Shown here: piece by piece, positions 11,976 through 25,137 of the stretch | How positions within the stretch are numbered: the stretch's first letter is position 1 | Layout of the letters: each line of letters starts with the position of its first letter | From: Lama guanicoe | Lineage: Eukaryota | Direction: 5' to 3' | Length of the DNA: 64,000 nucleotides | NCBI GenBank assembly: GCA_013239625.1 | Contig: MU054187.1 | Span: forward strand, 13,734,974-13,798,973 | Notes under the pieces: model-generated | Database searches by the model: none | The model's input: only the letters and a program-made list of their open reading frames with translations | What the model was told of the DNA's origin: nothing | Position numbers and translations under genes: made by a program

Positions 11976-12444
11976 TGTTAAGACAGTGTAAATAATCCTT
12001 GAATAAAGAAGAAAAACTGAAGTCAACAATCCAACCACATCACATTTATGAAAAGCTTCCTGAATTAGTAGGACTGGGGTCATTTCCAGCAGTCGTTAAT
12101 TTAACTTTCTAGGCATCAGGAAGTCCCCCCTCACCTCTATACTCTCAAATTACCAATTTCCCTCCGTCCCTGAGGTTTGCATTCCTGTGTTCTTTATTCA
12201 AAAATGACCTATAGAAACCAAAGATAAAATCCTAAATTTTCTATTTGATGAAGTACTACAGTGCCTGGCTGTCAGGGAAGAAACAGTTCTCTTTTTTTCT
12301 GGAATTTGCTATGTACAGACTGGACAGTGAAGAAATAACAAATCTTGACTCTAACCTTGAGAACAGCTCTCGGCCCAGGTTTACCACCAAGCTTACAAGA
12401 TCTGCATCGTGTTTCACACTGAGTGCCAATCCGTGTGTGTCAGC

Positions 12445-12570
12445 CTGTCAGCCTGTCTGCCTCAACAGACTGAGAGCTTTTTGAAGACAGGGATTATATC
12501 TTTTAATTCATTATTTCCAGCTCCTACTTCAGTGACAAGAACATGGGAGGTTCTCTTTAAATGGCAGCTC
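12445..12570 (+). mobile_element. L2 3' terminus
   Basis: AGACTGAGAGCTTTTTGAAGACAGGGATTATATCTT...TTTCCAGCTCCTA matches the L2 3' end; followed by a GA-rich tract (12575-12648). Confidence 0.7.
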
Positions 12571-13200
12571 AGGGAAACAAAGGAAGAAAGAGAGGGAGGG
12601 AGAGGGGGAGAGAGAGAGAGGAAGGAAGGAAGGAAGGGAGAAAAAAAATGAATTTGTTACATCTAAATATGATTTTGTAGCAGTTAGCATAAATCCTGAA
12701 AATGTAAACTCCAAAGCAGGGTGAAACTTTAAGTCACTATTTGTATTTGGTAAGATTGTTACAACCCCTTGATTACACTGGGAAAATAGGGCTAAATATT
12801 ACTTTGCATTGAGCATCCGTTTATGAGCTAGAGCCAGAGTTAACTTTATTAACATGATTCATTTAAAGCCAGGAAGAGGATGGATTCAAACATCCATTTG
12901 CATTCAAGACAACAGTTAATGTTATGCTCCACGCACACTGTTTTTGTTGAGTACGTTTACTGAAAAGCTATTTTCTTGGTTGTTGGATTAGAACAGAACT
13001 GGCGCCATGAAACATGGACACATCTTTCAAACCTGAAAGTTCTGTCTTACTCGTAAATGTTCTTAACGACACACTTTAGAGTTCATGATTTTAAATTTCT
13101 AAGTTTTCTTCCACTCTGAGGTTTCCAGACTCTCTGGGATTCTTCACCTTAAAAGAGATTCTTGAATATCATTCATGTTTTAACTTGCACTCTGGGACTG

Positions 13201-13465
13201 ATGATAACAGCCCAGACTTAATGAATACTTAACTCCACCCTAGGCACTGTCCTGAGCACTTAATGGATCGAGTCACTTCATCTTCACAGTAAGCCTAAGA
13301 GATTGCTGTATTTTTAGATCATTTTACTAGGTGAGGGAATAGAGGCACAGACACATTAAGAAACATGCTCCAAGTCACATAGCTGATAGGGGACCAAGCT
13401 GAGTTCTGAACCTAGGTTCATAGTCTGATCCTAGGTTCTGTGGACTGACTTGCTGTGCACACTGC
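13201..13465 (-). mobile_element. MIR SINE, near full length
   Basis: AGGCACTGTCCTGAGCACTT...CTTCACAGTAAGCC...GGTGAGGGAATAGAGGCACAGA...CCAAGTCACATAGCTGATA...TGAACCTAGG. Confidence 0.8.
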
Positions 13466-13784
13466 TCTACTCAGGGGCAGTGGGGAAAAATGAAGAGGGC
13501 ATAGCAACAAGGAGAGGATACTCAGTGCTGGAAAGGTGGGTAGGTAAGCTGAGCAGTCAACCAGGGCCAGCACCCACGGTTTCTTATTTCTGGGCTGCGA
13601 CAGGATTAGGGGTCGGTCCCCTGAAGGTATGAGTTTAGATTGCTGCTTCCTTAGACTATATGGCATGGATGATGGCAAATAAATCACTTAGTTTGATTCA
13701 CTTAGAAGATTTCTTTGTAATTTTGGTCCATGTGAGTGTCTGCTGTCTGCTTTGAGTCAGAATGTGTGTGTGATATGATAAATC

Positions 13785-14036
13785 ACAGGGATGTGACTGA
13801 TGACAGCATGTGGACTGTGGTTAATCATCCTGTATTGAATATTTGGAAAGTTGCTAAGAGAATAGGTCTTCAAAGTTTTCATCACAAGAAAAAAATTGTA
13901 ACAACATATGGTGATGGATGTTAAGACTCGTCTTATTGTGGTGATCATTTCACAATATATACAAATGTCACATCATTATATTGTACACCTGAAGCCAGTA
14001 TAATGTTATATCTCAAATACATCAAAATAAAAAAAG
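13785..14036 (+). mobile_element. L1MA9/10-like L1 3' end
   Basis: GAAAGTTGCTAAGAGAATAGGTCTT...TATGGTGATGGATGTTAA...TTGTGGTGATCATTTCACAATATATACAAAT...TTGTACACCTGAA...AATAAAAAAAG. Confidence 0.85.
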
Positions 14037-14123
14037 TTTGTGGTGTGGAGAAACTTCTAAAATATGTATACTTGGCTTCTCAATGTACTGCTTTCCTTTT
14101 AGTTTAATATTTGTTGGTAGAAG

Positions 14124-14813
14124 TAGTTCTCAGTGGTGTTGACACGTCTCCCTACGGAGATAATGTGTGTGTGTACAGGGGGAGGCTGTCTCAGTGACTG
14201 TGGCGCAGTTGAGAATTAGTAGGTAGGGGCCAGGCACACAGCCATGCGGTGTAGGCAGGAATGGATAGAACTGGAAAACATGTCTAATTACCTGAACCTA
14301 GGACCTGGTCTAATTACTTGAAGCTAGAACCTAACTGTTGACACATTTTTGATCCCAGTTTTAATAAATGTTGAATTTTTCAGGAGCACAACTGAAGTAT
14401 AAATCTAAAGATGATTGTGGTTTCTTTTGCTCTGAATTTTACGGGAGATGTTCACCATTTCTGCAGATCTCATCATTGGTAGCAACACTGCTCATGGTAC
14501 TTGAGTCACTAATAACACACACTTCCAGATACCGCATTCGTGGTGATTATACAACTAAATGCAGGCATGTGACTCTTTGATTCTAGTTGTCCAGCCTGAG
14601 TGTTTACATTATGGAAACACAGATGATTTTATTATAAATTAGTTTCCTTATATCTTTTATATTACAGTTTTGTTCTTATGATGATATTTTAAAAGAATGT
14701 CTGTGTAGGTAAGTTAAATTTTTCATGAATTCCATTTCAATGTAGTAAACGAGGCCACACAAAATGATATTTCTCAAAGGAGATGTTGTGAGTGATAGAG
14801 TTGAGAATCCCTG
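14124..14813 (+). mobile_element. MER20B-like hAT-Charlie element
   Basis: Terminal inverted ends AGTAGTTCTCAG ... GTTGAGAATCCCTG, MER20-like 5' part, and 3' part CATGAATTCCATTTCA...GATAGAGTTGAGAA resembling recalled MER20B. Confidence 0.55.
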
Positions 14814-17259
14814 AGTTAAGTTCCACTTGGAGCCATAAACACCCAGAGTTGTTTAGTTTTATTCTTCAAAATTTTACAGCAATTTAACCATAGGTAGTTT
14901 AATCACCTCAGAATTGTCTCCTTTTTAAATACCATGTGGTACAATTAACATGTATCTACACCATCTATTTGCTTTGTAATTTGTTTCAGTTTCACTAAAA
15001 CCAAAAGTCCTACAAGAATGGAGGTATCTTCCTGAGAAGGTTCCTCTTAGTCCTCCTTTCCTGTTGCTTCTATTTTTTTTGCTCTCCTCGAGGGAACACT
15101 AGAATCAGAACGAAGCTAATACCAGTGAGCAAAGGGGCAAAGTTACTTCTTTTAAAAGAAAAGCTCACTTTTCACCATGGTAACCAGACTATCATATGAC
15201 ACACACACCACATGACCCATGAAACATGAACCCTTTCAGAAATACATTTCTACCCGCGCATAATGAGCTTTCCTGTTAGCGTAGCAAGGACTGGAATAAG
15301 GTGACACTTTACGTTTATTTGGGTCAAGTGATTCCTTTGCTATCTTGTAATATTTTTCTTGCAGTTTTCAAGAGGCAACACTAGCATTTCATTTTCTTAA
15401 AATGCTTAATGAAACTGAGCCATATGCTGTGAACACAAGATAAAGAGACTCCACCGAGTGCTAGAAACGGTGCATTCCCATTTCCTTTGAGTGTAGGGAC
15501 CGAGAAAAAACCCTGAGATTTTTGTCTTCCTTCTGCCTCTCAGGATGTGTATGGGATGTGTATTTGTAGCTGCCTACGTACTCAAGCAAAAACAAAAACA
15601 AAAGTTAAAAATCACAGCTGAGCATAGCGTGCCCATAACCACTGCTCTTTCTTTTCATTATGGTGGCTAAAACCTTTGGTTTTGCTTCAAATGTATGATG
15701 TTTGAGAAAGGACTAATAAAGAAAAGGAAGAGGAAACCTTTCAAAAGTACGTATCACATCTTGGGACGAGTGAAAATGAAAATGTTTCACTCAGCTTTTA
15801 AATATCCTTTTGCCCTGTTTGCTTGGAAGCACCTTTTGTTCAGTGAACTCTTTGCAGTTGACGTCTTTGGAAATCTCTTCTAACCATAGTACTTCCTCAG
15901 TCCACTTACCCATAAAGTGCTCAGGCACTTTATATCCAATCGATCTAGTTCCGTAGGCATTCAGAAACTTAGTAGGTCCCTGAAGACTCTGGGTAGCTTC
16001 AGATATGATGACTCAGATAAGCACGGATTTCTATAGCCAGATACTGATCTGTTCCCTGTAGCGCATCCAGTGGGATATTAGTGGTTTTGGAGCCAAAAGT
16101 TTTCTTTACAAATATATAAATCAACCTATAATATATTGAATCTGGAACTGAGCTGGAAGTTGATACGCATGTAGAACAAGCTTCTTTCAAAGCTTACTTG
16201 GAAATATAATGGAAATTGAATATTTTTCCTTCTATGAAAGTGGCAATTATTTATTCTAGTAAACCTAATGGCAAAGCCATAAAATCTTGTCAGATGTTTA
16301 GCCATCAGTGAAGAAAAAGTCGAGTTGTATTTCTATTTCTTAATCCAATTCCTCTTCCCCCTCAAATTTTCCTATTTGCATAGACTTGAATTCACAAGAT
16401 TTTAAGGAGAGGATGCAAGGAAGGTAAGATTCTTATACACAATGGAAAAAATTCAATGACGGGCACTTAGACCAGACTATCAGTGGACTGAAAATCAGAG
16501 TCATATTTCCTTTAACTTTGGCTCCCTTGCAGGTACTGTGGAGCTTAGTAGACACTCAATAGATACTTGGTGAAATAAAATTATTTTGGTTTTTTTTTTA
16601 TGTAAAGCTTTTTCCATTGTAATGTTAACCTTTTGAATTATAAGAATAGTATCACTGAGAATAATCTTACATAAGCTTATGTAACTAAGAACTAGATAAT
16701 CTCTTAAAATGAATATTTAGCTACATCAAAGTATACATCCAAAACTTAAAGCATAAGAAATTTACATTTTGGCTTTAGAGATCCACATTATTATTGAATT
16801 ATGCTATGTCCATCTGCTCAAGTACTGGATATATTTAGGCGCTAGTGAGCCAAAATGAAAGATTCAATGGATTATTCATCTGCTTCATGCTCTGATACAT
16901 GGAAACCTTCTGATTTGTAAATTTTGCCCCAAATTCATCTTCCCTCTTTGTTTCACTATAAGGAAGTTATGACATGCATACTTGGGTTGAGAATGACTTT
17001 GTGGTTTTTTTCTTCACTCTATAACAGAGAAAATGGAGTTCATAGTAAGTGAGTGCTTGCATTGTTGCTGAATTTGAGAATGACTTTTCTTTTTCTAACA
17101 CTAATGTTGCAAAATTTATATATATATATATAAATGTATTGTATATACATGATTTATATATACACAAATTGAATGTAAGTGGTTCATTTCTGGATGCCAG
17201 GTCTACCTAAAATTGTGATAGTCATTAGGGCTGTTTACAAATATTTCTTTCAAATGATC

Positions 17260-17578
17260 CATGGCTATCTGACTTGCAATGGCCATTGAAATATGAATGT
17301 TGAAGTGGGTTTCACTTCTGGGCAGACGCTTTAAGATTCAGTGTACACTTCGCACATTTATCCTGTCTTGGTGAATATGAAGGTGTGTATTGAGATGGGT
17401 CTTACATCATTTAGGTTCTCTCAGAGACTCTGTTAAGTAGAATACCCTCAAGGTCCATGTTAGTCCCATGCAATAAGAATGGGAGACTTTTATGTATTAA
17501 ACGTCTGAGATTTTGGTGTTTGGGTTTTTGTTTGGTTTTGTTATAGCAGCATATCCTAACATACTAAGGCTAAAATAC
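17260..17578 (+). mobile_element. MLT1I/J-like MaLR LTR (3' part)
   Basis: TGACTTGCAATGGCCATTGAAAT...CACTTCTGGGCAGACGCTTTAAGA...TGAGATTTTGG...TTGTTATAGCAGCATA. Confidence 0.7.
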
Positions 17579-19799
17579 CCATCAGGTCATTTTTGTTTTG
17601 TACCACTGAAGAAAAATCCAAGTATCTGATATAAGAATTTATAAGAGAATCTGAGGGGATAAAAATATAGAGTTTTAACATTTGAGCTACTTTGAAATTT
17701 ATAGACTTTTATTTTAAGCTTCTTTTGTAAAGTTGTCAGAAGAGAAGACAACATGTAAAACGGAGTTTTCTTTGATCACATTGAGTATTTGGCATGCTTG
17801 ATCGATGGGGGTTGTAATTTAAATTAGAAAATAACGGCTACTATATTTAGAATTCATGGTTGTTTGTAGACATCTTTTAAAGTTTGTATAATTTTTACAT
17901 TTAGATGGATATGCTTAGCCCTAAATATCTATATGGAGAGAAGCACTTCAAAGTGCAAAACACTGTAAAAGAAATATGACTTATGGGAAGAGTTTCATTA
18001 AATTCTTTAATGATGTTCTCAGTGTAAACTGGTTTTGTTTGGGGGGAAGTACAGATGTGCTGGATCTTGTTCTTGGCTATGGAAAAGGTGAAAGAAAGTG
18101 GCTCTGGGGTCTTTAGTGACTGAAGAGAAAGATGTTGAAAATTCAGTTCAGTAGGAGAAAAGATAGGTAAAGAACATGTCACTTGTGAGGTGGGTGTTAG
18201 GAAAATCAGGTTAACTGCTTTCCTCTCCTGTTTCTATTTAAGTTCCTGGGCACCTCCAGGGAAATGGTTGAGAACTGATGTGGGGTCAGGACTAAGCCAC
18301 TGATGTCTTTCTCACCTTGATGGTGTGAGATGTGGAACCACCGGGGATAGGGACCATTTCTGGGTCTGAGTGAATTTCCAATAACCTGTTCCTGATCTGG
18401 AGCCATAATCTGTTACCATGGCTGAATAGATTTTGTGGTGATCAATTATGAAGACCATTGTTACAGCATCTAAAATGGTTGAATCTGCTGGGTTATGGAT
18501 AATTTCATGAATATTGAATGAGCCACAGTCTGCCAAATTGGCTTTGCTCTGTTTATAGGACTCACAGAAAGCAAATGGGAACTTGGCCTTGTTAATTTTT
18601 TTTTCAGAGTGAAGGGAAAAGAAAACCTCTACATAGAATGTTAGTTAGTCACCGAGTCTCAGTGAAGGCTGTTTCACTTAGCTCTGCTCAACAGCAACTA
18701 ATTGAACAAGATATTATGCTAGACACCTTTAGGGGATAGAAGGATGAGTAAAAGTAGCCTCAATTTCAAGGAATTTAGAATCTAACAGGAAGTTATAATC
18801 TAGTTATATGTTGCATCTTGATATTGCTTATGACTCAGCACTATTGATATTTATGAGAGCCTTCAAAAATTTGAAAATGGAAATAAGAAGGTAGAACATG
18901 TTCCTTATTATTAAAATTTTAAAGTATTTTCAATTTGAAAAAAGTTAAAAATTTAACTCTACAACAAGGGGCAAAGCAATTTGCCCCCTCATCCCTGCTA
19001 CCCACCGTCATTCAAAGGCTTGTCCACCACGTTCTCTGGTCCAGATCACTGAGAATACGTCTTCCAAACCAAATACAATCAGGCAGAAAATCTTTTGCAC
19101 TGCTCTGGCTTGTGATGAGTAGTCTTGGAGATATGGCTGAAGATGCCTGAAGTGACATCTCAGGTCGATTCTGACGGTTTTGGAAACAAGGAAGTAGGGT
19201 ATTTGATTTTGGTGGCTAGAGGCTAGACTTCCTTTGGTAATGGTCGAAGTTTCGAGATGAATGTGTCAGCAGAAAAGCGATGCAAATTTCAGCAAGCAGT
19301 ATGCTCTTTAATACAGTGGCACTTTTCTTTACCTGGGGGTCATCAACTCAGCAAGTCCAGCTAAGGAAGCACAGGTAGTAACAGAGTCCAGGGGCCCTCG
19401 ATCCCAGTCCTTCATACTACTTCTGAAAGTCCACTCAGCCAGTTTGCTTACTCTTTTTAAAAAGTTGAAAGAAATTAAAGCATTTGAGTAAATAGTTTTA
19501 TGTAGTATAGCAGGCTGGAAGCAGCAAATTAGGTTAGAAAGTTTTCCTCAGTCTACTCACATTAGTTGACAAATACCTGGACAACAGAGGAGAAAGAAAA
19601 ACTGTGAAAAGCTGATGCCAAGACAGCGAGCTCAGCAACCCGGGACCGTGTAGTGGAGGGGAATTGGTCTCCGTTCAGCATCCCTGAGGTGCTGCCACTT
19701 TGCAGACGGTAGTGCAGCCTGATCCTGCCGCTGTCCTGGGGGAAGCATCAGCCTCTTCCCATCAGCATCCACCCTGCACTCCTTCGCGGAGCCCTTCGC

Positions 19800-20410
19800 A
19801 TGCTGGCCCTGGCTTCCCCTGGCCACCACCATTCCTGCCACTCTGCTCCAGCCCTTGAGCTCCTTCACATGATCAGCCTCAAATGGATCATGTATCTCTC
19901 TTGTCTCTGGACCTCCTGGTTTCTTCTTCCTGAAGTCCTTCTTGCTACTTTCTACTCATACTTTAATTCTCACCCATGTCACTGATGCTCCTGGAATGAG
20001 TTAAGTGGCCCTGCCATGTGGCCTTCCCATAGCATCCTGTGTTTCCTGTATGCCATGCTACGTTATAATGTAACAGCCTGTTTAGTGGTCTTGAGTGGGA
20101 CTTGGCCAACTGTGGCCCGTGGACCAAATCCAGATCCCGCCTACTTCTGTAAATAAAATTTTATTGGAACTCAGCCATGCTTATTTCTATGACTCCTTTC
20201 ACACTCTAGTGGCAGAGCTGAGTAACTGAGACAGATACTTTGGTGTGCCACAAAACAAAACAAAAAATTTACTATCTGGGCTTATACAGAAAAAATTTGC
20301 TGACTCTTGGTCTCAAGAACAGGCAGCATGTCTACCTTATTCACCTTTGAATCTCTCGTATTTGGCACAGTGTTTGCACAAAGTAGATGTTCTGTATATT
20401 TTGAAGGAAC
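19800..20410 (+). mobile_element. L2 3' fragment split by MER58A
   Basis: CTTCCCATAGCATCCTGTG...TGTTTAGTGGTC [MER58A] ...TTATTCACCTTTGAATCTC...GCACAGTGTTTGCACAAAGTAGATGTTC. Confidence 0.6.
20096..20309 (+). mobile_element. MER58A-like MITE with degenerate 8-bp TSD
   Basis: GGCCCGTGGACCAAATCC...GTAAATAAAATTTTATTGGAACTCAGCC...TTTACTATCTGG...TTTGCTGACTCTTG. Flanks GTCTTGAG / GTCTCAAG. Confidence 0.85.
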
Positions 20411-20451
20411 TAGTTAAACGTAAATACCAGAAGAGTGACCAAGGAAAGATG

Positions 20452-20660
20452 AAGATAATTATTTGGCAGCTTCCGTGCACTAGGCGCTGTCCTAGGTGCT
20501 GTACGTGTGCGCTCATGTAATCCTCACAGAAACCCTGTGAAGTGGGGGTTAGTATATCCAGTTTTCAATTGAGACGCTGAAGTTAAGGATGGATGAATGA
20601 TTTCCTTAAGTGATACAAAGTAAGTAAAAATGGATTACCTGGGGTTTGAACTTAGACTTC
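20452..20660 (-). mobile_element. MIR SINE
   Basis: AGGCGCTGTCCTAGGTGCT...TAATCCTCACAGAAACCCTGTGAAG...GGGGTTTGAACTTAGAC. Confidence 0.75.
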
Positions 20661-20699
20661 CCCTGTAGTAAGGAGCTGTGTCTAACACGGAGAGACTAG

Positions 20700-20980
20700 C
20701 TAGCATTCCATGGAGTGAAGAGCCCGGTTTCGCTCCTGACTCCACCACTTACAAGTTTCATGACCAGGAACAGGAAGTCACTGAATTGCTCTGTGCTTTA
20801 TTGTCCACAACTGTAACAAGTTATTTAACCCCTCTGGCCTTTGTCTCTGCAGCTAGTAAGTGCGAAGATTTCAGCATCTCATTTGAATGTTGTGAAGTTT
20901 AAATGAGATATTATGCACAAGGTGCTTTGAGGTTTTTGGCGTATCAGAAGCACTCAAGACATGTTAATCTTTGTTATTAC
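20700..20980 (+). mobile_element. MIR SINE
   Basis: CCTGACTCCACCACTTAC...CAAGTTATTTAACCCCTCTG...GTTGTGAAGTTTAAATGAGATA...AGCACTCAA. Confidence 0.7.
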
Positions 20981-23217
20981 ATAAAGGTGCCTCAGAATCA
21001 TTGCTCATAGCTCGGAATTCTCAAGAAATTCCATTCTATTTGTAACTTACGTTTACCTAATATCAATGTTGCCTTGTGTTCTGTATTCTCTATAAAGGTA
21101 AGGGAGCGGTTCAAGATACAGCTTATTAAAAGTAATACAAAGTATTATATCCTATTTTCTGTGTTGGCCTAAAGAAATCATCTGCTTTTGCTATTGCATT
21201 AACTGTGCCTGCTTTTTGGAATTTTCCCAACGTCAAATACATGGTGTCAAAATGAGATGCGCAGATCAGCGTGTGGTTTCCCTCCTAAGGATCTTCTGCT
21301 GATGCTACTTCCTGTGCTGTTGGCCCCACCATCATAGGAGCATTGTGATGCGGCCAGCTTGTTCGCATTTTCACGTTGCCTGAAGCTGGCATGTTTTCCT
21401 TTTTTATAAATGACAATATCAAACTACTGCATAAAAACCACAGAAGTCTAAAATCTATTTACAGTTTGGGATTTTTTTTTTTAGTTCCTTGCCCGTGCAA
21501 TGTGAAAATTGGCTTTATAGTCTTTCTTCATACCTGTCCCAGCTTCTTGAGAATTAAATCTTACAAAGAGACTATTTTCTTCATATCACTTTTAGAAAAA
21601 CTTTATTGGACAAATCAGCCCTAATGATATAGTTAAGATCATTTGTTCTGGCCTCATATGAGAATATTAAGGTCATGAAACCCAGGGTTCTAGAACTCAG
21701 CCGTAACTTTGCCAGCCAGTAGTTCCCAACTCATAAACACTAAAAACAAAGATGATATATCCTAGTTACAATGAATTATGTGTTTGAGTCTTAAAACTGT
21801 GTTACTACCTATGAAGAAATAGTATCAGCATATCCATTAATTATCCTTATATGTTTAGTTGACATTTTAGCATTTCATTAAACATTCTCTTAATCATAAA
21901 TATAACTCTCAATAAGAGTTGACGAACTTGAATTTCACCATTTATGTCAATTACTTTGGCCTTATTATGCTGGCAAAGGATTATCTTTAATCAGCATTTT
22001 CCCCCCACAAAATGATCCTAAAGATAAAGCTGTGAAAATTAAGTTGTTAATATTCATTTTAATGGAGAGCATGAAAAATATGATTATTAAACCTCTATCA
22101 ATTAGCATTTTGCCTCCCATGACTTAGAGAAAGGGGAGAATTGTGAGTCATGAGTTTACAAAAGAAGTCATGGACCTTTCAGCAAACAGTAATGTAGGAA
22201 GATGTGGCTATAAACTTTCTTAGCTTCTTTTTAGTGGTGATACCGACATGACAAATTAAACTTCTGTAGGTTAAAGATCTAACCACTTTTGTATGGAGTT
22301 AAGGATCCAATCCTGCATTGATTTTTAGATAGTGATTTGACTCGTTATAACTTGATTGATGACTTAGCTTCCACTGGTAAGTGTTTAAGGGCAAACACTC
22401 AGGCATGCTACTGAATACTGAATACGACTATTATCCTAGCAGGGTAAATCTTAACAGTTGAAATAGATGCTAATGTAGTTTCTTGACCTAAGTGGCTTGA
22501 AATGCCAGGTCAGTGCAGGACATGCTAGCGTAAAAACACTTTGTTGAAAATATCAGCAGAGCAGTACTTCAGTGACCTTAAAAGATGTGGGAAGACAACT
22601 AATGAGAACAAGGAGTCATGAACCGAAGCTCCACAAACATCCACACATTTGCAGACAGATTTCAAGTTGCTTAGGTCCTCAGAATTGCAATTCGAGTTTG
22701 GTCAGCAATCAAGTAGATGAAGGCTTGTGCTTTTCCAGACATGCTCTATTTTTGTTCACTCCATGTGTGTGGGCAGAAGCCCTGGAAAAGCTTTGTTATC
22801 ATTCCTGAAATGCAGAATGTTCTATTTAGCTTAGAAGCTCTATTCTTTGTACTAATCACTGATATTAGGCAGCTCCAGCCGTTTTTAAAACGATTAAAAG
22901 AGAATGAACCTTGGCATTTAAGTCTCAGTAACTGAGTGATCTGTCATGGTTGTACCCAACTAAATATGAGGGAAAGTAGCCTCAATGTTGTTTTCATTTC
23001 TTTCCTTCCCTTGAGTTGCATCACACAATAAGCAGAATTTTTCTCACTTGCATAGACTACTGAATCACTACCAGAATACTTAATACCCTACTGACTTTTA
23101 ATCAAAGGAGGGATGTACATTTCAAACTTATTTTAATTTGTCACTCTTAATAATATTTGTTCACTTAGCTTTCCGTAACATCTGTGTGAGAGATTAAATA
23201 AGTCATGCCATCTCATT

Positions 23218-23729
23218 CTGTGGCTGGGTTCCAGTTACCACTTCCAAACTGTCCCAAACCGTAGTGGCTTTAGCAACAACCGCTTTACTCTGACTTGCAG
23301 TTCCGTGGTTTGGGAATGCAGCCGGGGCACACCTTGGTAGGTCTTCAGTGTCACGCAGCATCATCAACTGAGGTCACTTGGTAGAATTCAGCTGGCAGCT
23401 GGCTGGTCCTTGCTCACAAGCCTGGTGCCTTCGTGGGAGCAGCTGGAAGGACGGGCTCCCAGAGGCTCCCTTCCTTCTCCATGTGCCCTTCCGGCCTTTC
23501 CTCACGATCTCCCCAATAGGATTGTCAGAATTCTTATGTGGCAATTCCAGTTTCCCAGAGTGAGTCTTCCGAGAAGCCCAGGTAGGAGTGTCCAAGCTTC
23601 TAATGACTTAGCTCCAGACGTCCCAGTACGTCACGGAGCCCACCCTAAACCAAGGAGAGGAGGATAAACATTGCCCTACTCTACACAGAAGGGTGTCAAA
23701 GAATTCGTGGGCATCTTTACCCCGCCACA
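23218..23729 (-). mobile_element. MLT1G/H-like MaLR LTR
   Basis: CCCAAACCGTAGTGGCTTTAGCAACAACC...ATTCAGCTGGCAGCTGG...CTCTCCATGTG-like core...GAATTCGTGGGCATCTTTACCCCGCCACA (TG...CA ends). Confidence 0.7.
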
Positions 23730-23899
23730 GGTGGGTTAGTCAATTTCGTTTTCTCTGTGGTTAAGCACACCAAACAAAGCCTGCAGGCTAGTCACTGACT
23801 ATAAAGCGTTATCTCCTTTAAACCTAACGTGTAGTCCATCCTTCTCTTACTCCCTTCAGCCAATCAAATTATTATCTTGAGTTTGACCCCTGGAATTTA

Positions 23900-24340
23900 G
23901 CCTCTGAGCATCTCTTGTATAGTCTCCTAACTAGTATCCCCAAATGATCGTACAAAAGCACACGTGTGATGTGTCATTTCTAATTAATGGCCCCAAGTGG
24001 CCTATAAGCCAGAATCCAGATGCCTTAGTCTGACACACATTATTTGTTCTCAGTCTTCTTTTTAACCATAGCCTGCACCACTCCCTTCCCAACTCTGCCA
24101 TACACGTGCACTCCTCACCACATCCCAGAGTGCTCTGGCCAAGCTGTTCCCAAACACGGCGTGCCCCTGCATGGCTATGTGCCTTCCTTAGCAGTTCTCT
24201 CCTCCTTGAATACAATCCATTCCCCCATATCCACGTACTGAAAGTGGGTGGTCTGTTCATCTTTCAAGGTTCCGTTCAAATGTCACCTGCCCTGCTCTCC
24301 CACAACATGGTGCTTGTACCACCAGGGCAAAAGCGGGTTG
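23900..24340 (+). mobile_element. L2 fragment
   Basis: GATGTGTCATTTC...CCTATAAGCCAGAATCCAGATGCCTTAG...TCATCTTTCAAGGTTCCGTTCAAATGTCACC. Confidence 0.6.
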
Positions 24341-24389
24341 TGCTTTTGCTGATAGTCATCGATGTGTGTTGGAGAGGTACCCAGAACAC

Positions 24390-25050
24390 AGTGGTCGCAA
24401 GCATAGACTCTGAGCTGGAGGGAATCCCAGTTTCACAACTTACTAGCTGTACTAGGTTGAATGGTGTCCTCTCAAAATTCACATCCTTCTGGAACTTGAG
24501 AATGTGACCTTAGACATAGGGTTGTTTTGCAGATGTAATTAGTTAAGATGAGGTCATTCTGGAGTAAGTTGGGCCTTCATCCGATATGACTCGTGTCCTT
24601 ATACGAAGAGGAGACACAGAGACAAACATGAGAGACACAGCGAGCACCCCATGTGACCATGCAGGCTGAGACTGGAGTAATACATCTACAAGACAAGAAA
24701 TGCCAAGGATTGTAGTAACCCAGGAAGCTAGGAGAAGGACATGGAGTGTATTCTCCCCTAGAACTTGTCCCCACTGGCACCTTGATTTCAGACTTACAGC
24801 CTCCAGAACTGTGAGAGAATCTGTACTTGTTGTTTGAAGTCACTTGGTTTGCGCTCCTTTGGACGGCTACCCTAGGAAATTAACACTCTACCAGTGTGAC
24901 CTCAAGTCACATATCCTCTCTCTCTACCTCGACTTCCTCATCTTTAAAATGGTCTTAATAATGAATTTTAATAGATTTTTTGTGTGAATTCAAATAATCA
25001 AGAGGTGGTAACTGCTTAAAATACCACCTACATACAATAAGTGCTCCATT
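24390..25050 (+). mobile_element. MIR SINE split by an MLT1C LTR
   Basis: 5' half GTGGTCGCAAGCATAGACTCTG...AATCCCAG...ACTTACTAGC; resumes at ~24890 with TGTGACCTC...TTCCTCATCTTTAAAATGG. Confidence 0.7.
24448..24885 (+). mobile_element. MLT1C-like solo LTR, full length
   Basis: TG...GGTTGAATGGTGTCC...GAATGTGACCTT...GCAGATGTAATTAGTTAAGATGAGGTCAT...CCTCCAGAACTGTGAGAG...CTAGGAAATTAACA. Confidence 0.9.
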
Positions 25051-25137
25051 CTCTAAGCTATTTTTAATGTGTATGTGTGTGTCTTCCACTAGGATGGAGA
25101 GCATGTTTTGTTTGTTTTTTATGCCTTATTTTGAGAA

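Noticed and set aside
12575..12648. GA-rich polypurine tract (H-DNA potential)
   Set aside because: It is an ordinary degenerate simple repeat at an L2 tail.
17114..17135. Perfect 22-bp palindrome
   Set aside because: It is a (TA)n microsatellite, which is self-complementary by nature.
18967..18986. Hairpin GGGGCAAA-GCAA-TTTGCCCC (and a similar one near 48870-48890)
   Set aside because: Stems of 7-8 bp are expected by chance in 64 kb, and bacterial-type terminators are irrelevant here.
20452..20980. Inverted MIR pair as a dsRNA/editing substrate
   Set aside because: The copies are too diverged from each other for a stable duplex, and there is no evidence of transcription.
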